64,000 nt of DNA, from contig CP120461.1 of the NCBI GenBank assembly GCA_034226945.1, forward strand, positions 248,001-312,000, given 5' to 3'. Shown here piece by piece: positions 33,577 through 45,596 of this stretch. Every line of letters begins with the position of its first letter. Position 1 is the first letter of the stretch. The DNA is from Picochlorum sp. SENEW3. Taxonomy: Eukaryota. A program made the position numbers and the translations under genes. A model generated the notes under the pieces. The model saw only the letters and a list, made by a program, of their open reading frames with translations. It was not told the DNA's origin and did no database searches.

Positions 33577-34998
33577 ATGGGGATGATTCGTCCGCACGTG
33601 GTGGATAGACATGTCAAATTGGGTCGGTCTTGTGGAATACAACACCAGGTGGCACGATTTCCACGGCATTATGTGGTGCCAAAAACTCAATATACTTGCA
33701 GATCGTCCACATTGGAGGAAGCACGCACCGATTCTGTGGTTATCGTCGGGGCTGGAGTTGCAGGGCTTAACTGTGCTGTGCACTTGACTCGGCAGAGGAT
33801 TCCTGTGACTGTGATTGAATCCTCTGATGGCGTGGGTGGTCGGGTACGAACTGATGTTGTGGACGGATTTTTGCTGGATAGAGGGTTTCAAATCTTTCTG
33901 ACATCGTATCCTGAGGCGAGAAGGGCGCTGGATTACGATGCTCTGGATTTGAGACCATTTTATGCTGGAGCTCTTGTGAGATATCAAGGGGCATTCCACG
34001 TGGTTGCCGATCCGTTTCGACATCTTTTCGATGGATTAGGAAGTTTGATGAACCCAATAGGGTCTCCAATCGATAAATTGCTGGTGGGTGTGTATAGAAC
34101 AGCAACGTTATTGACGAGTGTGGAAGACACTCTCAAGGCACCAGAGACAACAATCATGGAGTGTCTCAAGGAACAAGGTTTTAGCGACTCGATCATCGAC
34201 AGATTTTTCAGGCCATTTTTAGGAGGCATCTTTTTCGATAGAAATCTTCAAACCACGTCTAGATTGTTCAATTTTGTCATGAGAATGCTGGCCACTGGGC
34301 AGAATTGTCTGCCATCTGCAGGCATTGGAGCAGTCTCAGATCAGCTTGCTGGGCGTTTATCTGCTGATAGCATCATGCTCAACACATCCGTTACATCCAT
34401 TGATACGTCATGTAATGATCATGTGACTGTGTCGCTGGACAATGGATCATCAATAACTGCTGGGGCAGTTGTAGTTGCCACAGATGCACCACAGGCACAG
34501 CGTATCTTGGGGGCAAAGCTTGATGCTGCACCGAGTACGACAAAAGATCCAGTAGGAACGTGCTGTTTGTATTTTGCGGCCGACAGAGCCCCTAGGACAG
34601 GAAACTATCTGTACCTGGATGGGGACAATAAGGGCGGCATTGTGAACAACTGCTGTGTTCCCTCTGAAGTGTCTCCTTCCTATGCTCCTGCAGGCAAGTC
34701 TTTAATCAGCGTATCAGTAATTGGTACGAAAGATGATTTGACGGACGCTGAGTTGGAGCGCCGCGTGCGATCCGAGTTGGAGGACTGGTTTGGCAAAGAC
34801 ACTGTTGAATCATGGGATCATCTCAAAACATACAGAATCCCATTCGCACAACCTAACCAAACCCCGCCGACTGATTTATTCAAACCTTTACAATTAGAAA
34901 ATCGTGTATATATCGCTGGAGATCATCGGATGACGGCAACCCTTGATGGAGCATTGTGGTCAGGGAGACGTGTTGCAGAAATGATTGCACAAAAGTAA
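33577..34998 (+). CDS. Plastid FAD-dependent amine-oxidase/phytoene-desaturase-family oxidoreductase
   Basis: VIVGAGVAGL, GGRVRTD..DGFLLDRGFQIFLTSYPE and AGDHR...LDGALWSGRR. Confidence 0.9.
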   Translation: MGMIRPHVVDRHVKLGRSCGIQHQVARFPRHYVVPKTQYTCRSSTLEEARTDSVVIVGAGVAGLNCAVHLTRQRIPVTVIESSDGVGGRVRTDVVDGFLLDRGFQIFLTSYPEARRALDYDALDLRPFYAGALVRYQGAFHVVADPFRHLFDGLGSLMNPIGSPIDKLLVGVYRTATLLTSVEDTLKAPETTIMECLKEQGFSDSIIDRFFRPFLGGIFFDRNLQTTSRLFNFVMRMLATGQNCLPSAGIGAVSDQLAGRLSADSIMLNTSVTSIDTSCNDHVTVSLDNGSSITAGAVVVATDAPQAQRILGAKLDAAPSTTKDPVGTCCLYFAADRAPRTGNYLYLDGDNKGGIVNNCCVPSEVSPSYAPAGKSLISVSVIGTKDDLTDAELERRVRSELEDWFGKDTVESWDHLKTYRIPFAQPNQTPPTDLFKPLQLENRVYIAGDHRMTATLDGALWSGRRVAEMIAQK

Positions 34999-35025
34999 AA
35001 GGAATTTGTAAATTTATTCATATAA

Positions 35026-36513
35026 TTATTCCAAAGCCGGAGGTAACTCATACCCGAGTGTCTGAGATAGGAATGCACCGTTCTTTCTGACAATACGCTC
35101 CGCAGTCAGGTAGATATCTGTGTACACTTGCCCACGCTTTGATCGAGCATGCACCGCAAGCGTCCCTTTCAGCTGCACCTTGACACCATCCACACAGAAT
35201 CCCACGACACAACATCGCCGAGTCAAGCCCTTATCTAGATCCTGATGGTGCTTCAAGTACTCATCAATTTGCTTGACAATGGCTTCAACCTTGTCCACAT
35301 CCTTGTACTGAATGATGATCTCGTCTTCAATCACTGGAATGGATGACGACAACTTGGACTTGGACTGCTCACTTTCATTCACAACCATCAGGCTGGTGGC
35401 CAAATCTTTATTATTCACATATACAAGACTTCCATTATCGCACTTGACGAGAGTCTTCAACGGCTTGATATCCTGCACGGTCCCGCTCACCACAGTACTT
35501 CCACCCATGGACTTGAACTGCACACGGTCTCCAGCAATAAACGTTCGCGACGTATACAAGCTTAGAGCAGCTACAAGATTACCCACAGTGCTCTGAGCAG
35601 CAAAACCAATGGCGATGGTGGACACCGAACCAACAGCCAGCATGGGACCCACATCAATACCAAGCACCAACAGGCAGGACAAGAGAGTTGCCAACGCAAT
35701 AGCCCATGTCAACAATTGAGAGAACGGTTGCAAAAACCGGGACACCTCATTCTGATCAAAGCTCGTCTCCTGAACTATTCTACTAATAGAAAGCAATGCT
35801 TTATCCTTCATATTCAGAAATGACCATGCAACAAACAGGATGAGGACAAGCTCAGAACTCTCAGACAACAAGTAGATTGCTTGACTCAGAATATGTGTGC
35901 CTGCATTGCTCAGAGAGCGAAACAATTGCCCATGAGGGGCCATGTGAGATTTTTGAATGCAGACTTTGGCAAATGTGAGAAGCACTGTCAACCCAAATGT
36001 GGCCCCATACACTGGAATCAAAACCTCCAGAGGGCGACTGATGGAATCCAAAAATCCAAGCAAGACATTCCTCTTTGCTCTGGTCTCTTGCACGCGTTCA
36101 TCATCACTCGATATATCCTGAGACTGAAACACAGCATACAGCATGGATGATAGTTGACGATTGACAAATGTTGCAATCCCTTGTCCAAATCGGACTGTCA
36201 AATACAGCAGGGCAAGCGTCAACACTGTTTCCTTTGCAGCCTGGTGAATGGACAGGGACATGAATGTCTCCTCCAACGATCCCCCAGAGAGCATCTTCAA
36301 CACCCCTCTTCCAAAAAAGTCAACACTTTCTGGAGCCACTGCAGGTGGTGGTGCCGCTGCCGCGCTCACACAAACGCTTGGTGGTGTCCTACTCACTCTC
36401 CCCACTGCAACTCTCGCCAAGGGAGGCACCGCATACCTCACCCGATGGCGCTCCTGACTATGCACACCACTCGATACCACCGATCGAGAAACTCCACGAA
36501 TACCATGCGCCAT
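35026..36513 (-). CDS. MscS-like mechanosensitive channel, probably plastid-targeted
   Basis: TM helices followed by AIGFAAQSTVGNLVAAL...FIAGDRV...GTVQDI...VYVNN (MscS TM3/beta domain). Transit-peptide-like N-terminus. Confidence 0.85.
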   Translation of the reverse strand: MAHGIRGVSRSVVSSGVHSQERHRVRYAVPPLARVAVGRVSRTPPSVCVSAAAAPPPAVAPESVDFFGRGVLKMLSGGSLEETFMSLSIHQAAKETVLTLALLYLTVRFGQGIATFVNRQLSSMLYAVFQSQDISSDDERVQETRAKRNVLLGFLDSISRPLEVLIPVYGATFGLTVLLTFAKVCIQKSHMAPHGQLFRSLSNAGTHILSQAIYLLSESSELVLILFVAWSFLNMKDKALLSISRIVQETSFDQNEVSRFLQPFSQLLTWAIALATLLSCLLVLGIDVGPMLAVGSVSTIAIGFAAQSTVGNLVAALSLYTSRTFIAGDRVQFKSMGGSTVVSGTVQDIKPLKTLVKCDNGSLVYVNNKDLATSLMVVNESEQSKSKLSSSIPVIEDEIIIQYKDVDKVEAIVKQIDEYLKHHQDLDKGLTRRCCVVGFCVDGVKVQLKGTLAVHARSKRGQVYTDIYLTAERIVRKNGAFLSQTLGYELPPALE

Positions 36514-36960
36514 ATTGCTACCGTATACTTTAAAAAAGGAAGAGCAAAAAACGAACCAACCAGCAAAAAGACGTTCACCTTGACGCCCCAAACTCCACGA
36601 AACCACACCCAATCGTGCTCTAGCAGGTACTATGATGAAAAATTCAATCGATCATGGTGGCCATCGATGGCCCATATGGGTCGAAATCCATCAATAGCTT
36701 TGTGATCAAGACCTCTATAGATCTTGATGAACTCATCTCCCATCAACAATCAGTGCCAATGGGTAGCATGATGGGAGACGAACGAGTTCCCATTACTTTT
36801 TGTTGCATACCATCACAAGAACTCCAACACAAGGCTTTATACACAAATTAATAAAATAAAAGTTACTCTCGTGTATCCCAAGAGGAATCCCCGCCCCCAA
36901 TCGGCTGAATTTTTGTAGAATTTGTCCACTCAGTTTGTAGAGGAAAATTACTAGAATACC

Positions 36961-37336
36961 AGTGCGTGTATACTCTCATATGCATCCATATTCCCATATT
37001 TGTGTTCAAAAAGATACTCACATTCACGCTGATGGTTGCAGTGGCGTTGCTGGATCAGCAGTGTGTGAATAGAATTGCCACTGGTGCTGCAGTGGGTGGA
37101 GCTCTCGGGGCCTCCATTGGTACGTGACCACGAGTCTGACGTTTGCATGTCCGTCATCATGACACATCCGTATACTCTATACAGGTGCATTGTATGGTAC
37201 CTACGAAGCATTTCGATACAAAGTGCCAGGGCTGTATAAAATTAGATATATTGGCCAGACAACAGTGAGCAGTGCTGCTGTGTTTGGGCTCTTTTTGGGT
37301 GCAGGGAGTTTGTTGCATTGTGGAAGACACAGTTAA
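36961..37336 (+). CDS. ROMO1: ROMO1/Mgr2 mitochondrial inner-membrane protein (missed by the ORF track); exons 36961, 37042-37119, 37185-37336
   Basis: Spliced protein MALLDQQCVNRIATGAAVGGALGASIGALYGTYEAFRYKVPGLYKIRYIGQTTVSSAAVFGLFLGAGSLLHCGRHS is typical of plant-type ROMO1/Mgr2. Confidence 0.88.
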
Positions 37337-37419
37337 AATACATTGTTTACAATAACATTAATAATTATAATAAGGAAAATTGTGACGAATCAATGCGGAA
37401 AATTGGAATATTTCTTCTC

Positions 37420-38070
37420 TTAAGAGGACGTGAGATGTGCATCCTCTGAAGCAATTGATGCTAATGTCTGCAATGCTTCGGTATCATTATTGTCCATGTT
37501 TGAAATATCATGACCTTTTTTGAAAAGCGGCGGTGCGTATGGGGCAGGCGGGAAGGGTGATCGTGGCTTGGCACTAGGCTTGCGTACTCTTCGTTTCATG
37601 GTTGATGCAACCACCTTTTTCCTCCCTTTTCTTCTCAATGAGCCTGCCTGAGACCCAATAGCTTCAAATAATTTCCGTCTAAGCCAAATATTATTGAAGC
37701 TTTTAGTTTTCGTGCCGTACACTTGTTCAAATGAGAACCGTAATTCTCTTTGTGCCATGTTGCGGATGATTGACTCGGCATCCTTGGTGGATGCTGCACC
37801 AAGGATATGGATGGCTCGTGTGCCTCGCTCATCTGGAGGCAGCCAATGGCGTGTCAAATGGTGAATAGCTCCCATGTGCTGTTCATCTGTCAATCGACTC
37901 TTGGCAGGATCCTGGACTGTCTGGTCGTATTGTTCCAGACCATGACTGTTGTTATGGTGATCATCACAATGCTGCTCCTCTCCACCAGGAGAAGGTTTCT
38001 CTTCCTTCTCATGGTGAGGATTCACCGTAGCATCTATCGAAGGATTGTTTGCGTGATCCATTTCAGCCAT
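37420..38070 (-). CDS. Small nuclear protein with an RELxxxFxxVYGxxTxSxNxxWLRRKL helical motif
   Basis: Motif resembles the N-terminal domain recalled from plant TRF-like proteins. Basic NLS and C-terminal EALQTLASI. Confidence 0.55.
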   Translation of the reverse strand: MAEMDHANNPSIDATVNPHHEKEEKPSPGGEEQHCDDHHNNSHGLEQYDQTVQDPAKSRLTDEQHMGAIHHLTRHWLPPDERGTRAIHILGAASTKDAESIIRNMAQRELRFSFEQVYGTKTKSFNNIWLRRKLFEAIGSQAGSLRRKGRKKVVASTMKRRVRKPSAKPRSPFPPAPYAPPLFKKGHDISNMDNNDTEALQTLASIASEDAHLTSS

Positions 38071-38841
38071 GGCGTGCGTATTGCAATACAAAGACCCTGC
38101 ACGGTATATTCCGACACCCAACGTTAGACGGCGTCTGCCGGCGTACACTCCACAACCCTAACAATGTGCGGCACTAAAATGATCTATTATATAATGTAAG
38201 GCAATCAGGAGGCGATCGTAGCGATACAGCGCATCATCAACTGTGCAGCCAGGTACCGGCTCGCCGACGCACCTTGCTCGAACTCTCACTCTCGTCGTCT
38301 CAGAGCGATCAACGAGCGATTCTCGACATCCTTTCAGTGTAATCAAGGAGATTATAGAATGGTATGGACTGGAGAAGGCCAGTATGGCTGTGAACAAGGC
38401 ATGGTAAGATGCGAGGTGTCGGAGACGTTTCAAATTCCTTGTTCGGTTGTCTTACGGAGTTTAAAATGTTAGTCCCGAATTGGTTTGGGCTGTAAAACTT
38501 GAATCTGTATTCGAGGTACAGGAGGCTCGAAGAAAAGATTCAAGTATTTATATTCATGTTTATTATGAAGAAGAAGAAATACGAACGAGTGTGAGCGGAT
38601 ATGGACGTGGTTATCTCTTCAAACTTGTTTGCCTAGATTTTTTTCTTTTTGTCTCTCTCGTATAGAGGCGTGTGTGTGCAATTAGAATTTATCGTGTAGA
38701 ATTTCATATTACACGACAAGGTATAGTTGGGAACGGCTGGCAATTTGCCCCTCTGAAACTGAAAGAGCTTTCAGCTCGTGCGTTTGTGGTGGCAGAGGAA
38801 ACACCCGTCAAGGTATTATTTACGAATAGCTATAGTATTCT

Positions 38842-40260
38842 ATGGAATCCGAAGAGCACTTTGGTAAATCAAGGGGGTTGCAGCAGGAGAATTTCCCTGT
38901 GGTTCCTGAAGCCCTGTTAGCAGAGCATCATCATGAGGGAGGGTCTGCAGATGCAGTAGAATTTGGAGGGAATCAGCAGCATATCTTTCAGTTGGAACCG
39001 ACTGCGACGATTGGAGCACAGAAAACCAAGCAGTCAAGGTCTACTGGAGGAGGTTCAGGTGGGAAGACGTATGGTGCCATTAGAAGTAAAACTCAATATC
39101 GAGGGGTGACCCAGGTTGTGAGCAAGCTCAGGCAAAAGGCAAAGTATGATGTGCAGTTTGTGTTCTGTGATGCTGGTGTGAAGAAGCATCCTAAAATATA
39201 CGGGTTCAATTCGATTGAACAGGCGGCTAGGGCGTTTGATGTGTTGTTATTAAAGAGGCATTTTGAGCGTTTTGATGGCGGAAAGACTCCTGAGGAGTAT
39301 TCCATACCACTTGAATTAGAGACAAACAACCCTGCAAGTGACTATGCGTTTCATAAAAGTCTGCTCATGTTGATTGCGAATGCTTCTAGAGATCAGATAG
39401 TGTATGCTCTGAAGGATGTGTCAAAATCACGGTTGTCATTTACAAAAGAGAGCATGTATGATGATTTGCGGTCAAAGATTGTGCAAGAGGATGTGAATGG
39501 TGGTGAAACAGAGCAGCAGAATATTGGTGTAGAAGAAAGATATGATATAGAGAAGGAGAAGAGAACGTCGTATGAAAAGAATGGTGTGGATGAGAGACAA
39601 GCAAAGGCAGCCAGGGTCAGTACGGATGATTATGCGCCGGATGCTCTGGAAAACTCTTTGATGATGCAGATGCTTCAGAATCTCAACTCTGAACTGCCTA
39701 AAAGTTTTCCATCTACACCAAGAGACTCTGAGGGAAATTTGAAGCATGATGGTTTGTACTTTGTACTGGAGGTTTGCAGATTATGTGGTCAAAAATACCC
39801 AGAATTATTGCTCTGCCATGACATGTTATCTGTCTGGAATGCATGCGTGTCCAGCGGTAATGGCCTTGATGACGTATTGAAGCAAGTATCTGTGAATTTC
39901 CCAGGCCATATGTATCGAGTAGAGTTGGAAGACATTGTCAAGATTGAGAGTTTGAGAGATGCAATGAAATATGTTATGGAATTATGGAGCTCTGGAAGAT
40001 TATCTAGTTGCATAGAAGCATTTATGCAAGAGATTGAGCAGATTGGTGAAGAGAATGGAGGCAACAATATATCGTCGCAACAGAATATGTCGCCATCCAT
40101 GCAAAACCTTCAGTCGGCATTTTTACCACAGCTAGCATTGTTGCAGTCTGCTGGACCTGGGCAAGGGTCTGCACCACGATTGAGCAACGAGGACATGCAA
40201 GCCCTCGTTCGCGATATAAACTTTCCAGCGACTGGTACAAATAATTCAACCATGTTTTGA
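38842..40260 (+). CDS. Divergent AP2-domain transcription factor
   Basis: SKTQYRGVT...KYDVQF...GFNSIEQAARAFDVLLL...ETNNPASDY follows the AP2 consensus YRGV...W.A....G.F..EE.AARAYD.A....TNF. Confidence 0.7.
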   Translation: MESEEHFGKSRGLQQENFPVVPEALLAEHHHEGGSADAVEFGGNQQHIFQLEPTATIGAQKTKQSRSTGGGSGGKTYGAIRSKTQYRGVTQVVSKLRQKAKYDVQFVFCDAGVKKHPKIYGFNSIEQAARAFDVLLLKRHFERFDGGKTPEEYSIPLELETNNPASDYAFHKSLLMLIANASRDQIVYALKDVSKSRLSFTKESMYDDLRSKIVQEDVNGGETEQQNIGVEERYDIEKEKRTSYEKNGVDERQAKAARVSTDDYAPDALENSLMMQMLQNLNSELPKSFPSTPRDSEGNLKHDGLYFVLEVCRLCGQKYPELLLCHDMLSVWNACVSSGNGLDDVLKQVSVNFPGHMYRVELEDIVKIESLRDAMKYVMELWSSGRLSSCIEAFMQEIEQIGEENGGNNISSQQNMSPSMQNLQSAFLPQLALLQSAGPGQGSAPRLSNEDMQALVRDINFPATGTNNSTMF

Positions 40261-40300
40261 TTTGCAATTCGTCTAGTTACAGTAATGTAAATTGTCAAAA

Positions 40301-43300
40301 TTAGTCAACAACATCTACGGAGTTTTGCACTGCAGCAATCAAATCGTCACTTGGCTCCTCTTCCTTGATCATTGGTGTATTATTCTTTGAGTGAAGTGGC
40401 GATTCTCCTACAGCGCCATTTGGTTGCTTGCCAGAAAGTCTGCCATCTGCATTTTCTTTATTTGTGTCGTCTACTGTCAGGTCATTCATCTGCTCCTCAA
40501 CACCGTCCATGGTCTCACCATCTACTTCCCCATTGATTTCTTTCCACTCGGCAATATAATGCAGTACCTTGGATTCAAAGTCATCCGCGAGTTCTTTGGA
40601 TTCAGGCTTGCTGGCTGATTTCTTCACTTTGGCAACAATGGCAAGCATGATTTGGGCAGTCTCATCATCTTCCAGTGCATTCTTGTATGCGATATGGCCC
40701 TCAATGAGTTTCTTCACACCCTTATCGCTCGTTGGAAGCTGGCTAATGCAGAATGCAATATTTCTCCATTGCAAGGCATCTTCAGTTGAAGCAAATCGCT
40801 GGCACAGCTTTTCTACCAGCGCATCACCATGCTTGTCCTTTTTGATGTGAACAAGCAACTGCTGCATGACCGATTGGAATTGGGCATTCGTCAATGATGT
40901 ATCGCGGCTGAGCACGCTAAGCATATCTGGAAGCAGATTATAAATAGGAGAGGTTCCCTTGTATTCTTTCTTGGCCAATTCGTGGAAGAATAGAGATGCC
41001 AGAGCTGCAACTCGTTCATCAGAATCTTCAAGACAGGCTGCCATCTTGGCAATGTGACCCTTCACCTTCATCATGTCATTCAGGATCAAATGCGTTAGGA
41101 CCATCATGGCTGTTTTCCGGACACCAGTATCTGGGTCGCCGAGTGGCCTGTACACATGCTCGGTCCAGGGCTCTAATGCATTTGGAAACCTGAGTGCCAA
41201 GTCTCCTAGGGCAATTACCAAATTACTACGAATTTTTGGCTCAACGACTCTATTCTGCAACAGGGTAAACAATAACTGCAGATTGCTTTCACAAATCTTC
41301 ACATCTACAACCATGAGTTTTGTCAGGGCCAGGAGGGCTGAGGATTTCAAGGTTGGCTCTGCAGTGTGGAATGATGGGTGGCGACACGTATTGATCACCA
41401 TTTTAGCAAACGGCTTGATGATACTGTTGGAGAATTGTACAATCTGGCGTTCTGCTGCGTCCTTCATATTATCAAGTTCAGCATCGGCTGCCACACCCCC
41501 AACACCGAGCTCGGCATTAATGTCTTCTTCTGCATTGCGTTTTGATGGATTCCCTGATGCCTCTGCAGCCTTCCTCTCAGCGTCAAGCCGGGCTCGCCGA
41601 ACGTATTTTGCACTCTTCTCAATCAGGACGAGGTGCCTGAGTGAAATTTCTCCAATCAAGAAGAACACCTTGGACGTCAAGTATGACGGAGGCGGGTTGT
41701 CATCTTGGCCTCTCCCAGCAAACGCCTGCTCTGCCAGTGTATGTATCATGGCGCAACTCACATCCTCCGGTTTCGGATGCAACGAGTATAACGCACGCAG
41801 GGACGCTTCAGTAACCGTGTACCAGACCGCATCTGGAATTTCCGAGGAAATGACCACCCTCACCAAGGCTGTATAGACATCCTCTCTGACACTGTTGTAT
41901 GACTCGTCTGCAAAGTTTTCAATCCTCCCCAGAGCAACACAAGCATGTCTCGTTGTCAACGCATCACCTCGACAGCGTTCAAAGACAATCTGAAGGAGAC
42001 CATGCACTCTCGAACTAGCCATTGTTTCTGGGATGACACCCACTGCCATGGACAGCACAGCCATGGTACCCCGCACATGCTTGAGAGCATCAAGGCGATG
42101 TTCTGGCACGTGCATGTCCCGAGAATGCTGGTTTGCAAGCTCCCAAAGCTCATGTACTGTGACAGATGTAATCAGTCCTTTTTCAGCAAAGCACTTGACC
42201 GCTTCTTCCAAAGAACCAAGCTCTCCTAATGTTGCTCCGCATGCAAGCTCGACCAAATTCTTTGCAGCCTGTGCCGACGTATACGTATGACCAGCCCAGC
42301 CCGACAAATACAACTGATCCAATGCTTCAACCACTTTATCCTTGATATTCTGCTCCCTCGAGAAAATCAGAGCAAGCATTTTCCTGATGGCCTCTGGAGC
42401 ACCAACAATTTCAAACTGTTTGCATGTCAACAGCAAGGCAATTGAATCCTGTACATCTGACACGGTTGACGAGGCCAACAAATTAACCAGACTTGGCATC
42501 GAAGCAGTAAGAGATCTTGAAAACTCCGCAGCCAATTCCAACGACGCAACTAGCGCTTGCAGTTCTTCTACAGTTCCATCCCATCCAACCTCTGCTGGTG
42601 TCTTGACAGTAACAGCTCCCATTGATACCCGTCGCTCTGTCTCAACCGGATCGGAAGAATCATGTTCAACTGGTTCAGATTTGACAGTGGCCTCTGCATT
42701 CTCTTGTGCCACAGGCATGTCAACTTGTGGCATCACTTGCTCCAGCATTGCCGAGTGAATGTCCAAACTTGCCACAAACTTGTCCAGAGGAAGCGATGGA
42801 CCGAATGGATTATGCAACATCAGACACCCCATAAGTCGCATCGCCTCTTTACGAACAAGACTTGATTTGTCCTCGAGTCGACCAGTGGCAATGCTTGTCA
42901 CAACCTGCCAATGCCCAAGAGGAATGGCTCTATTCTCAGCCAAATACTGCCACGTCTGCAGCACTGCTTTACGAGTGTACGATGACTGATCACGAGTCCT
43001 TTCGCACAATATATCCAGCAAATGCTGTTTTGTTCGAAGCCTCGCAATCACAGCATCCTGTTCCTCCTTTCCATCACTCGTCTCAAACGCCCGTGCCAAC
43101 AAATGCCCAATAGCAGTAATAATCCCACTCCTCAGGGTCCATGCTTTCCCTCCCAGATGCGGCAGCAATAAAGACATCTGCGTCACCATAAGCTTTGGAA
43201 GCTTCTTTGCCAACTCATCCACAAAGGCCGCGACAGATCGAACGCCAGCCTTTTCACCAGTCGCATTCTGCTGCCTCTCATACTCTACAGCATCAATACT

Positions 43301-44261
43301 CGCCACCTCCTGTATCACAGCAGCCGCCAACCTCCCATCATCCCATTCAGAGACACTATACCGCAGCATTTCAGCCACCATGGCCGGCGTATGCTCATAC
43401 TGACTCAACAAGTCAACCATGGCTGCCGACACGGCATCCAACTGCTGGTATCGCAGCCCAGTCAGCCCCAAAATCTGCCCGGCATGCCTCACCGCCTCCG
43501 CATCTTTCGCACACGACAAGCAATTCGTAGACAACTGAATCAACGACACCAACACAGCATCATCAGGGCGCGCAGGCCTAAACACCTTCCACAAATCCAA
43601 CGCCATGCATCTGGCCACAGACTTTAACAACTTTCCAGACTGCTCCTGCCAGTCCCAATCCCCGTCCTTCTTCTTCCTCCTCCCACCTCCCTTTTTACCC
43701 GCCTCGAGCGCACTCGCATTCATACTCGTGGCCATGGCTTCCCTCGAAGACACTTTGGCAATCCACTGAGCCAGAAAAATATACACCTTGTACGCACTCC
43801 TATACTCCCCCAAAAGACTTCGATCCTCCGAATCATCAGGAGAGCTCAGAACCCCATCCATCCAAGCTGACAAACACACGATACTCGTCGTCAATGCATC
43901 CAACAGTTGCACTCGAGCCTTCCCTGGCAACACGTGCCATTCTTTGATAATAGTCGCAAGCACATCAAACTTGGACTGCTCACACACACACAATGGATTA
44001 TCTCCACATAAAGCATATGAAATTTCTACACAACAGAGACAGAAGCGTCATATATTGAGGTAACCACCCATGGAGATGCGGGTAGGTAATCGACAGTTGA
44101 AGCTCATTCATCATCATGGATATCATACCCTCACTATATTGAACTATTGTGTTTTCATCTGTAAAATCCAGGGAATGATCTGAGACAACCAGCGTCAGGT
44201 CGTCCCGTCTTTCGTCCAACCATAAATCCGCTGGGTCGTTGGGAATCACAAACTCTCCCAT
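40301..44261 (-). CDS. CAP-D2: Condensin I HEAT subunit CAP-D2; exons 44261-44129, 44025-40301
   Basis: GRLEDKSSLVRKEA, HNPFGP, IRSNLVIALGDLALRFPN, THLILNDMMKVKG and IYNLLPD. Confidence 0.93.
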
Positions 44262-44567
44262 CCTTATGTAGTCTATCTTTATATGAATAAATCTTTTTTA
44301 TGCTACTATTACAGAAAGGAGAATGGAATCTGCCATACAAGAACAAGACACTCGGAGGGGGGATGCAGAAGTAGCCAACCACCTCCATGGGCCATATTGA
44401 TGAAGAGTACACTGTCCGATCAAATATATGCGGGACCGGAACCATATATATATTTCTTTTGACATTGTTACATGGAACAACAACAACTACCCCCTTTGCT
44501 TACTACGATCATCATCAACGATTCTTTTTTTGGGTGGGGGTTGAGGGAGTAGCAGTACCATCATGTC

Positions 44568-45201
44568 TTACCCACGGGTATCCTTGTACAAGGCCTTGGC
44601 TGGGAATTCATAGTATGCCTTGACAAAAGCTTCCTTTGCCGCCGTTGTATCCATACCCTTGAGTGCTTCCCAGGCATCCCACTTCTCGCGCCCTTCGAAA
44701 TCTATACCTCCCTTCTCAGCCCACATTGGCCTTTCTCCTGAATTATCTCCCTCTGTCGCTTGCTTATGATGCGCATACAGAGTATAGTACTCTGGTGGTT
44801 TTACAGTAGCACCTCCTGGCTTGGAGATGATTCTCCAGTTGAGCTTCTCATACGTGTCAGCCAGGGACTCGAACTCTGCCACATCGTATGAGTCTTTGGC
44901 CCATGGTGATTTCTCTGGGGGTCCACTGGCAGCAGCGGCGGCAGCAGCGGCGGATTCTTCTCCCAAGAGTTTTCTCAACCTGGTCCTCGCAGCTACAGAC
45001 GAGCATACGTCATCATCATCATCATCCCTGTGTTTTCCTTTACTACTATTTAAACAAAAACTATCACATACCTCGGAGTTTCTGGCGGTCGTCGCCTGGA
45101 GTGGCGTCCAGAAAGAGCGCTTGTTCAATGGCAGACTTGAGAGTGTTGATATCATTGGCAGATTGCAATGATGCGACGGCAGTAGCTGTGTCTACAGTCA
45201 T
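44568..45201 (-). CDS. ACBP: Acyl-CoA-binding protein with an N-terminal helical extension; exons 45201-45072, 44992-44568
   Basis: LYAHHKQATEGD...P...DFEGREKWDAWEALKGM ACB motif. Phase-1 intron GTATGT...TGTAG. Confidence 0.85.
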
Positions 45202-45596
45202 TTTGATATGAGTCTTCTCTGAAGAAATCGGAATATCCAGAATAGATGATTGTTCTGGGAGAGTCGACCAGATGGATGTGATTGTCAACGGTCAACGGGC
45301 CGAGAAGCTTATTATTACTCTTCTTCTGAATGAAATATGTAACTGTTTTACTTGTTGATTATTATTTCATATCCTAGTAGTGTTTATAATATATCTGACC
45401 AAGGGATATCAGGCGGAGATGGTTCTTCTCCTTAGTACAGTATTTGTTGTTGGTGGAGACCCACCAGTGGTGATGGCTAGCCACTATTGAAACATACCAA
45501 TGGAGGGATTGGTATTTCCACAACCAATATGCAAGGGAATGTATCAATCATCCCTTTTTGCTAGCTCCAAGGTCTTCTGAAACAAATTCATAATCA

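Noticed and set aside
36659..36680. Adjacent 14-bp and 10-bp palindromes upstream of the MscS gene
   Set aside because: Short enough to arise by chance in 64 kb, with no other support.
45400..45560. U11 snRNA or tRNA identity (the minus strand starts AAAAAGGG)
   Set aside because: No Sm site and no T-loop or anticodon geometry. Kept only as an unassigned structure.
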